Source: Campylobacterota bacterium (GTDB lineage: Bacteria; Campylobacterota; Campylobacteria; Campylobacterales; Arcobacteraceae). Taken from it: a stretch of 64,000 bases of DNA. Made by a program: the position numbers and the translations under genes. The DNA lies in assembly GCA_051746405.1 (NCBI GenBank), contig JBNJFB010000001.1, forward strand, positions 96,001 through 160,000. Direction: 5' to 3'. Under the pieces are notes generated by a model. It had not been told where the DNA came from and ran no database searches. It was given only the letters and a program-made list of their open reading frames with translations. Positions within the stretch are counted from its first letter, which is position 1. Every line of letters begins with the position of its first letter. Shown in pieces: positions 1 through 8,135 of the stretch.

Positions 1-490
1 TAAAGAGTTTAAAATTTTTACAAGTGAAAAACTTACACTAAGTGTAGGAATTATGCTAAGTAAATCAAATGTACCAATATCATATATGCATACAAAAGTT
101 GAAGATTTACTTGATGAGTCAAAGAGAAATAAAGAAAAAGACTCAATCACACTATTTAGTCAAACTGTAACATGGCAAGAGTATATTGACAATCACAAAA
201 TATTATACGATAAGCTTGAAAATATGAGTGAAGAAGATAAAAAAAGTGCATTTTTTTATAATTTATTAGAACTCATAGAGATGTCAATAAGACTAAAAGA
301 AAAGTCTTCAATAGATATAAAAGACGCCATGTGGAAATCAAAACTAAACTACTCATTTAGAAGAAACATAAAAAATCAAGATGAAGAACTTTTTAAAGTA
401 TTAAATGAACAAATAGAAAAAAATCCAAAAGCTACAAAGATGATAGTAAGTGAATTTATTTATAAAAGGAGAAATAATGGATTTAATTAA
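1..490 (+). CDS. cas10: Type III-A CRISPR Cas10/Csm1, C-terminal part (5' end outside window)
   Basis: Frame open from position 2: KEFKIFTSEKLTLSVGI...LDESK...KDSITLF, typical of the end of the Cas10 Palm2 domain plus helical C-terminal domain; directly upstream of csm2-5. Confidence 0.88.
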   Translation, partial: KEFKIFTSEKLTLSVGIMLSKSNVPISYMHTKVEDLLDESKRNKEKDSITLFSQTVTWQEYIDNHKILYDKLENMSEEDKKSAFFYNLLELIEMSIRLKEKSSIDIKDAMWKSKLNYSFRRNIKNQDEELFKVLNEQIEKNPKATKMIVSEFIYKRRNNGFN

Positions 491-986
491 TTGGAATAAC
501 TATAAAGAATATAAAGCTATTGAAGATAAAGATTTTAAATTTGATTTAGAAAATATCGATGAAAAAATATTTGATATTACTGCAAAAAAATGGTCACTTG
601 TGATAGCAAATATGAATCATGATGGTAAGCCTGTTGAAAAGAATCAACTTAGAAATTTTTATGATAAAGTTTTAGAACTTTTAGAAAGAGCAGAGAGTGA
701 AGAAGAAAACTTTAATACAAAGGTTTTACCATTTATTAAAATGTTAAATTCAAAAGTATCATATAGTAGAAATAGACAACAATCAAAAATTAATCTGCCT
801 TTTGAAATATTTATGACTGAAGCAATATCTCAAATAAAAGATTTAAAAACATTTATACATTTTAAATTATTATTTGAAGCACTTCTTGGCTTTTATCAAA
901 AAGAGCAAATTAAAGAATGTAAATTTTTTATAAAACAAAATAGAGAAAAATACTTAAGTAATAAAAAAACAAAGGGGAGAAGATAA
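477..986 (+). CDS. csm2: Type III-A small subunit Csm2
   Basis: NQLRNFYD and FEALLGFY motifs; AAGGAG RBS before ATG at 477 (preferred to the track start at 450). Confidence 0.9.
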   Translation: MDLINWNNYKEYKAIEDKDFKFDLENIDEKIFDITAKKWSLVIANMNHDGKPVEKNQLRNFYDKVLELLERAESEEENFNTKVLPFIKMLNSKVSYSRNRQQSKINLPFEIFMTEAISQIKDLKTFIHFKLLFEALLGFYQKEQIKECKFFIKQNREKYLSNKKTKGRR

Positions 987-1813
987 TGTTATCTAAAAAA
1001 ATTAGAGTATTGACAGGATTACATATAGGTATAAGTGATGATACTATGAATATTGGTGGTATTGATAGTGCAGTTATAAAAAGAGAAATATACGCAGATA
1101 AAACTACTGGTGAAATATGTTTTGACCCCTACGAAAAGAATAAACTAAAAGAAAACATAAAAAAACTTAGTGAACCTTATATCCCAGGAAGTAGTTTAAA
1201 AGGAAAGATAAGAAGTCTTTTGGAGTGGAAATTTGGCTTAATAGATAAACAAATTAAGTTATCTAAAAATGAGAATTCTAAACTTAAAAAAGGTGCAGTT
1301 ATTGACTCTACTTTTGTAAATGCGATAGATGATGAAAATTCTGATGAAACAAAACTAGCAAAGCTTATCATAAAACTATTTGGTGAAAGTGCTGGTACAA
1401 ATAGTAATGAAGAGATAAAAATAACAAGAGCAATTTTTAGAGATTGTTATATTACAGATAGTACAAGAAAACTTTTTTTAGAAGATAAAATCAAACTAAA
1501 AGAAGAAAAAGCAGAAAACAGTATAAATCGTGTGGATATTGGTGCGAATCCTAGATTTATTGAAAGAGTTCCATCTGGTGTTGAGTTTGATTTTGAAGTA
1601 ATTATAAGAAATTTTGCAGATGATAATAATGAACTTTTAGAAGATACAATCAAGTTAGGACTTTTACTTCTTCAAAATGACGCTTTAGGTGGAGGTGGAA
1701 GCAGAGGAAATGGACGAATAGAGTTTGATAGTTTAAAAGAAAATATTGAAGAAACTTTTAGTTTAATAAATAATAAATTAGGAATCAAAGAAAATGGGAA
1801 TGAAGGTAAATAA
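986..1813 (+). CDS. csm3: Type III-A backbone RAMP RNase Csm3 (Cas7 group)
   Basis: TGLHIG, IGGIDS (catalytic Asp retained), PYIPGSSLKGKIRSLLE, C-terminal LGGGGSRGNG glycine loop. Confidence 0.93.
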   Translation: MLSKKIRVLTGLHIGISDDTMNIGGIDSAVIKREIYADKTTGEICFDPYEKNKLKENIKKLSEPYIPGSSLKGKIRSLLEWKFGLIDKQIKLSKNENSKLKKGAVIDSTFVNAIDDENSDETKLAKLIIKLFGESAGTNSNEEIKITRAIFRDCYITDSTRKLFLEDKIKLKEEKAENSINRVDIGANPRFIERVPSGVEFDFEVIIRNFADDNNELLEDTIKLGLLLLQNDALGGGGSRGNGRIEFDSLKENIEETFSLINNKLGIKENGNEGK

Positions 1814-2718
1814 TGATGAATCTTCTAACCTTTGAAATAACTCCCTTATCAGATTTTGGAAGTTTCCCTAAAGGTGATATGCTTTTTTCTCAGATGCTTG
1901 CACAAAGTTTTTGGCAAAGGGAAAATACTTTTGCAAACTATTTAGAAGAAAAGCCTAAACTTATAGTATCAGATATGATGCCTTTAGGGTATTTTTATAA
2001 GCCTACTTTACCTTTTAGTTATTTTGATAAATTATCAAAAAAAGAAAGAAAAAAATCTCTTGATAGAAAAGAGTTTAAGAAAAAGGCTTTTATAAAGTAT
2101 GATGATTTAGAAAGTGGAGAACTTTATAAGTGTAAAGAGATAAATTTTTACAAAAAAATAACACAAGGTAAAAACTCTATAAATAGACTTACTTTTACAA
2201 CAAGTGAGGGTGACTTTGCACCATATAAAGAAGAACAAATATCTTTTAGTAGTAAGCTTTGGATTTTTTTACTTGTAGATAAAAGTATAGAATCAAAAGC
2301 TATAGAGTTATTAAAAAGTGTGGGTAAATTTGGTTTTGGTAAAAACTCTTCTACAGGAAAAGGGCAGTTTGAAATAAAACAGATAAAAAATCCTTTCAAA
2401 TTAAAATCTAGTGATTATTTTATGAGTATTTCTCCTATGATATTAAATCAAGATGAAAATATAAAAAGTTGTTTTTATGAACCTTTTACAAAATTTGGTA
2501 AGTTTCATATGGCAAACGAATCAAAAAATACTTTTAAAAAGCCATTGCTTTTAGCTAAAAGTAGTGTAGTTTTAGAACAGATAAAAAAAACTAATAGTTT
2601 TTATTATGGAAGTAGTATTGATAATAGTTCTGTTCAAGATAAAAAGTCATTTGTACAAGGTTTTAGTATAAAAATACCTATAACTATAAAGGAAAAACAA
2701 TGGCTAAATACAAAATAA
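1813..2718 (+). CDS. csm4: Type III-A RAMP Csm4 (Cas5 group)
   Basis: GDMLF, IVSDMMP, NSINRLT, GFGKNSSTGKGQF glycine loop; operon position. Confidence 0.88.
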   Translation: MMNLLTFEITPLSDFGSFPKGDMLFSQMLAQSFWQRENTFANYLEEKPKLIVSDMMPLGYFYKPTLPFSYFDKLSKKERKKSLDRKEFKKKAFIKYDDLESGELYKCKEINFYKKITQGKNSINRLTFTTSEGDFAPYKEEQISFSSKLWIFLLVDKSIESKAIELLKSVGKFGFGKNSSTGKGQFEIKQIKNPFKLKSSDYFMSISPMILNQDENIKSCFYEPFTKFGKFHMANESKNTFKKPLLLAKSSVVLEQIKKTNSFYYGSSIDNSSVQDKKSFVQGFSIKIPITIKEKQWLNTK

Positions 2719-3740
2719 CAGTTTTAACTCCTTTACATATAGGAACAGGAAATTCATATAGCCAAAACTTTAATATGTTATGTAAAGGTGGCTTTGTATA
2801 TTTGTATGATGAGTTTAAACTTGTAGATTTTCTTTTATCAGAAGGTGAGTATATACCCCAAGAAATTGAGAAATTAAAAGAAAAGATAAGAAACTACAAA
2901 GATGAAATCATAAAATCAAATCTTCACTTAAGAAAAATAAAAAATAACTTTTCTTCTTTAGAAAATAAAGATGTTCTTGAAAATGTATCTTCATCAAATA
3001 AACCAATAGTCACAGGAAGTAGTATAAAAGGGGCTATTAGAACGGCTATTTTAAACTCACTACATTTAAAAGATAAACGAAGTAAAGATTTATATAATAG
3101 TCTAAAAAATAAAAATATTAAAAGAGATAGATTTTCTAAAGAAAGAAAAACCGAAGATACTTTTGATAAGGATTTTATGTCTTTATTTACTTATTTAAAA
3201 ATATCAGATTCAATTGAGTCAAACTTAAAGACTCAAATTTTTAAATCTATAAATATCAAAAAAAATAAAAAACATCAAAGCTCAAGAGAAAAAAGAGTAT
3301 TTAAAATCCAAAACAATGTAGAGTGCATATCTGCTAAACAAATGTTTTATATAGATATAAAAGATGAAAGTATAAAAAAATATGGTAAAAATATTTTCTC
3401 AAATCTTGGAAAAATTTGTAATAAGTTTTATTTAAATGCTTTTAATAAAGAAAAAGAATTATATTTTAATCTTTTCTCTTTAGGCAAAGATTTTGAAATA
3501 AATGAGGAATCAAATGACGTTTTTTTATTAAATATAGGAAGATTTTCAGGTGCAGAGATGAAAAGCTTAGATAATTTTAGATATATAAAATACTCTAAAA
3601 CAAAAGATAAAAAAGAATCATCAACAAGAACATTTGCACTTAAAGATGATGTTGAAGATAATGTTTATTTTGAAAAAGAGTTGCTACCTTTTGGTTGGGT
3701 ATTATGCGAATTAGTAAAGGATCAAGATGAATTTATATGA
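2700..3740 (+). CDS. csm5: Type III-A RAMP Csm5
   Basis: LTPLHIGTG, GSSIKGAIRTA, C-terminal LPFGWV. Confidence 0.88.
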   Translation: MAKYKITVLTPLHIGTGNSYSQNFNMLCKGGFVYLYDEFKLVDFLLSEGEYIPQEIEKLKEKIRNYKDEIIKSNLHLRKIKNNFSSLENKDVLENVSSSNKPIVTGSSIKGAIRTAILNSLHLKDKRSKDLYNSLKNKNIKRDRFSKERKTEDTFDKDFMSLFTYLKISDSIESNLKTQIFKSINIKKNKKHQSSREKRVFKIQNNVECISAKQMFYIDIKDESIKKYGKNIFSNLGKICNKFYLNAFNKEKELYFNLFSLGKDFEINEESNDVFLLNIGRFSGAEMKSLDNFRYIKYSKTKDKKESSTRTFALKDDVEDNVYFEKELLPFGWVLCELVKDQDEFI

Positions 3741-4329
3741 TTTATTAAATAAAATATTTGAAATGTATCCGATGGGATTTTCAATTGTTTTTACAATTAT
3801 TTGTTTTTTAGTAATTGCAGGAATTGTTGGAATATTATATTTTTTTAACGGTTTAATTGCCGAAAAAGTAATCGATAGATATTTAAAAAAGTATTTTGAA
3901 AATAAGAAAAAAGAATATGGTGAAATAGTTATGAATTTTGAAAGAGAAAAAGAGTTTAAGCAAAAAGAGGTTTTAGTCTTAAATGATGAAAAATCTATCA
4001 TTTCAAAAACTTTACATACTTTGGATTATAAGTACACTACAAATGAAGAAAACTGGGAAGGTAAAATGGTAATTTTATATTTACCTGATGTTCAATCAAA
4101 TGATAAGAATCAAGAAAAAAGACATGAAGTTTTCAAAGAAAAACTTAAAATTTTAGAAACTTTAGATAGAGATGAACATATCTTACTTATATATGCAACG
4201 TATCCAACTTTTAAAATTGATGGGTATAATAAAGATGACTTACCAAAAAAATATACTTTTATTAATAGTCAATTTACTTTAATAGAAAGACTTTATAGTG
4301 CATATATAATTTCAAATATTAAGGAATAA
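3727..4329 (+). CDS. CRISPR-associated membrane protein: N-terminal TM helix, charged linker, C-terminal alpha/beta (receiver-like) domain; putative type III effector
   Basis: 200 aa; hydrophobic stretch FSIVFTIICFLVIAGIVGILYFF; overlaps the csm5 stop by 14 nt; last gene before the CRISPR leader. Confidence 0.65.
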   Translation: MNLYDLLNKIFEMYPMGFSIVFTIICFLVIAGIVGILYFFNGLIAEKVIDRYLKKYFENKKKEYGEIVMNFEREKEFKQKEVLVLNDEKSIISKTLHTLDYKYTTNEENWEGKMVILYLPDVQSNDKNQEKRHEVFKEKLKILETLDRDEHILLIYATYPTFKIDGYNKDDLPKKYTFINSQFTLIERLYSAYIISNIKE

Positions 4330-4493
4330 CATTTTCCAACCTTTTTAACTAAAGATTGGATACAATACTTATGTAATAGGAGTTCTTTTAAAATTTATTG
4401 TTTTTTATAAAATGATTGGAAAAAAACTTTAAATGTACTATAATTTAGTACTTTTGTAAGATGTAGTAATTTTAGAAGTGCCTGTTTTCTTTA
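4330..4493 (+). promoter_or_regulatory. CRISPR leader
   Basis: AT-rich non-coding stretch adjoining the first intact repeat; the degenerate repeat lies at the opposite end of the array. Confidence 0.75.
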
Positions 4494-6886
4494 GTAATGA
4501 CCCAACATATAGGGGATTGAAATCTCCTTGTGGTAGCTCTTAAATCTACAAGTGATTCAGTAATGACCCAACATATAGGGGATTGAAATTTTTTCCAACT
4601 CCTTTATAACCAATCCTGTCTCGTAATGACCCAACATATAGGGGATTGAAATTTGCTATGAGTTCTCGTATTGTTTGCATACGGTATTGTAATGACCCAA
4701 CATATAGGGGATTGAAATTCTTTATTAACGCTAGTTACAAAGTTACCTAATGTGTAATGACCCAACATATAGGGGATTGAAATAATAAAAATAGATTCAA
4801 ACGGTTTAAGTTTTTGCGTAATGACCCAACATATAGGGGATTGAAATTAAATTTAGCTCTCTCTTCGTCTAGTTCAAAATAGTAATGACCCAACATATAG
4901 GGGATTGAAATAAGTATATTCATCTTCTTCCTTGTATCTACAATAAGTAATGACCCAACATATAGGGGATTGAAATTTAGAAATGAAGTTAAAAAAGATA
5001 TTAAACAAATACGTAATGACCCAACATATAGGGGATTGAAATCTTTTATCCTTTAATTTAAATCGTCCAACTCACCATTGTAATGACCCAACATATAGGG
5101 GATTGAAATTGAATTCTCTGTCGTCATTATCATCTAGGAATATTAGTAATGACCCAACATATAGGGGATTGAAATATTGAAAATGAGTAAAGAAGTAGAA
5201 TTAATAAAGCAGTAATGACCCAACATATAGGGGATTGAAATTCTTTTAAGATACTATTTATATGTTCGTTTCCTGTAGTAATGACCCAACATATAGGGGA
5301 TTGAAATTTCTTAAAATCATTTTTTCGATTTTCTTTTTGTCAGTAATGACCCAACATATAGGGGATTGAAATTATTTATCCAATAAAGCTTTAACATAGT
5401 CAATATGTAATGACCCAACATATAGGGGATTGAAATGAGTCTCAGAAAAGTAGCTTTGAAAACTTAGTAAGTGTAATGACCCAACATATAGGGGATTGAA
5501 ATTCTTATACATCTCCTTTGTTTATATTTCTTAGTTCTAGTAATGACCCAACATATAGGGGATTGAAATTAGTTTATCTTTAAAAACTCTTTTTCCATAG
5601 CAGTTGTGTAATGACCCAACATATAGGGGATTGAAATTTGAATACTTCTTGTTTTTCTTCACTTTTAAACTCTGTAATGACCCAACATATAGGGGATTGA
5701 AATGTGAACCACAACAAGGACAAACTGGTTTACCATTAGTAATGACCCAACATATAGGGGATTGAAATAATACTAACACAATGTTTTGATCATCTTATGC
5801 CTTATGTAATGACCCAACATATAGGGGATTGAAACCATTATCCTCCCTTTTTAATGAAATACAATATAATTGTAATGACCCAACATATAGGGGATTGAAA
5901 CTTTTCTCCTTGTTTTTTTGTATATTAAATTAACTTTGTAATGACCCAACATATAGGGGATTGAAACCTTTCTAAAAGTGCATTATATGCAGCATAGTAA
6001 CGTAATGACCCAACATATAGGGGATTGAAACTTTCTAATAATATACTGACTTATACCACCTATGTTTGTAATGACCCAACATATAGGGGATTGAAACCAA
6101 TATTTATGAATTACATTACCCAAAGTAGTAGCGTAATGACCCAACATATAGGGGATTGAAACAGAAGAAGTAGAAGAAGATAAGTCTCTTCTTTTACTTC
6201 GTAATGACCCAACATATAGGGGATTGAAACCTAAAAGTTAGAAACAGGACATTAAAAAACAAGTGTAATGACCCAACATATAGGGGATTGAAACAAACTA
6301 TTACACCCAAAATCATCTGCTACCCATTTGTAATGACCCAACATATAGGGGATTGAAACATTGATATTTTTGCTTTTTTTTGCTTGATCATTTTTGTAAT
6401 GACCCAACATATAGGGGATTGAAACAAACTATAATCTTGTTTTAGACAGTTAACTATACTGGTAATGACCCAACATATAGGGGATTGAAACATAGTCATC
6501 TTCTGCCCCTTTTTATTAACCTAAATTGTAATGACCCAACATATAGGGGATTGAAACAGAGACAGCTTATCAGCACAGTCTCTTATTAGTATAGTAATGA
6601 CCCAACATATAGGGGATTGAAACTTTAGATTTTCTATCTTAGCTACATCTGTATTATTAGTAATGACCCAACATATAGGGGATTGAAACTACCACCATTT
6701 ATGTATTCCATAAACAACCACCTTTGTAATGACCCAACATATAGGGGATTGAAACTTACATAGAAAAGAAACATTATAAATGTTCCACCAAGTAATGACC
6801 CAACATATAGGGGATTGAAACTAGGACTTTTTAAATTAATCTCTTTAAGATTTGTACGTAATGACCCAACATATAGGGGTTAGAAC
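4494..6886 (+). CRISPR. CRISPR array, 37 repeats (30 bp GTAATGACCCAACATATAGGGGATTGAAAY) and 36 spacers of about 33-38 nt
   Basis: Repeats counted directly; repeats 1-20 end in T, 21-36 end in C, terminal repeat at 6858 is degenerate (GGGGTTAGAAC); 3' ATTGAAAY is the usual Cas6-generated tag. Confidence 0.98.
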
Positions 6887-7101
6887 ATAGCACCAACATC
6901 TAAAATATAAAAGACAATATATTTAATAAAAAGTTTAAATGTGAATATAAAAGTTTTTTTATTAGATGGCACTATTTTAAAATGATGATTTAAAAGTAAA
7001 AAACAAAGTGATAGAAAGATAAATGCACTAGTAGCATTCATTAAATAATAAATAAAATACCTAGCTTAAATAATTTAATCTCATAAATAGATTGTAGAAA
7101 G

Positions 7102-7122
7102 TAGAGGTTAATAAAACCTCTA
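7102..7122 (-). terminator. Hairpin, probable intrinsic terminator
   Basis: TAGAGGTT-AATAA-AACCTCTA perfect 8-bp inverted repeat just downstream of the small minus-strand ORF. Confidence 0.55.
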
Positions 7123-7135
7123 TTGATAATCTTAT

Positions 7136-7240
7136 CTACTTTATTAAAAAATACATAAGGTAAGCACTTGTTAAATAGATTGTATTCGAAAGAAAAAAAA
7201 GCGATAGGTCTTCGTATTTATTCAAAATTGTTTTTAACAT
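7136..7240 (-). CDS. Putative 34-aa small hydrophobic protein
   Basis: AAGGA RBS then ATG; MLKTILNKYEDLSLFFLSNTIYLTSAYLMYFLIK*; followed by a hairpin. Confidence 0.45.
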   Translation of the reverse strand: MLKTILNKYEDLSLFFLSNTIYLTSAYLMYFLIK

Positions 7241-7407
7241 AATCAATCCTTTAGTTATGAATTTATACTGACATGATATATTTTTTTTGTTTTATTTAAT
7301 ACTATTTTATTGTCGATTAATCAATTCATACATAGATTATAAAGATTTTAAGAATAATAAAACCAAAGCCTTTATATACTTAACCTTATAAAAATGAAGG
7401 AGAGATT

Positions 7408-8115
7408 ATGAGTATGAAAAAAGCACTTATTACAGGTGGAAATAAAGGTATAGGATTATCTGTATCAAGGGCACTTTTAGAGTTTGGCTATGAAATAGTA
7501 ATTGTTGCTAGAAGCTTTGAAAACTGTCCTTTAATAGGAGTTGAGAATGTAACTGCAATAGAGTATGACTTATCAAACATAGAAGAGTTACCCTCTTTAG
7601 CAAAAGAAGTGGGTGAAATAGATATACTTATAAATAACGCAGGTTATATGCAACCAAAATACTCTTATGATGCTTATCCAAAAGAGGCAAGGGATCATAT
7701 TATGAATGTGGACTTGTACTCACCTGTTGAGTTAATGAATCTTTTTAGTGAAGGAATGAAAAAAAGAGGTTTTGGAAGAGTTGTAAATACAGCATCAATT
7801 GCAGGTCAAATAGGACATCCTGACGTTTGGTATGGTATTGCAAAAGCTGGGCTTATAAATGCCACAAAGATTTATGCTAAACTTCTTGGAAGTGATGGTA
7901 TTACAGTAAACTGTGTAGCTCCAAGTGCTGCTGAGACTGATATGCAAAAAGATAATGATGAAGCTAGAAAGAAAGCTTTTAAAGCAGCAGTGGTAACTAA
8001 TAGATTTGCCGAACCTCAAGAGGTTGCAAAAGCTATAGTGTGGCTTGCAACTGATTGTCCTGAATATATAAATGGTATTACAATAGATATAAATAATACT
8101 TTTTATGCAAGATAA
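7408..8115 (+). CDS. SDR family oxidoreductase
   Basis: TGGNKGIG, NNAG and YGIAK (YxxxK) motifs. Confidence 0.92.
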   Translation: MSMKKALITGGNKGIGLSVSRALLEFGYEIVIVARSFENCPLIGVENVTAIEYDLSNIEELPSLAKEVGEIDILINNAGYMQPKYSYDAYPKEARDHIMNVDLYSPVELMNLFSEGMKKRGFGRVVNTASIAGQIGHPDVWYGIAKAGLINATKIYAKLLGSDGITVNCVAPSAAETDMQKDNDEARKKAFKAAVVTNRFAEPQEVAKAIVWLATDCPEYINGITIDINNTFYAR

Positions 8116-8135
8116 AAGAGTTTAAGTGAGAGTAT

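Noticed and set aside
1..4329. Apparent absence of cas1, cas2, cas6 and csm6
   Set aside because: The locus is cut by the window edge and these genes may lie upstream, so absence cannot be claimed
5537..5779. 80-aa minus-strand ORF within the CRISPR array
   Set aside because: Spurious translation across repeats and spacers; useful only for exposing the CPCCG motif in spacer 19
4494..6886. Self-targeting or duplicated spacers
   Set aside because: I saw no duplicated spacers and no match to this window by eye; an alignment is needed to exclude it properly
6887..7100. AT-rich region after the array as a second leader, ncRNA or gene remnant
   Set aside because: No anti-repeat, convincing ORF or stable structure seen; the degenerate terminal repeat marks this end as the trailer
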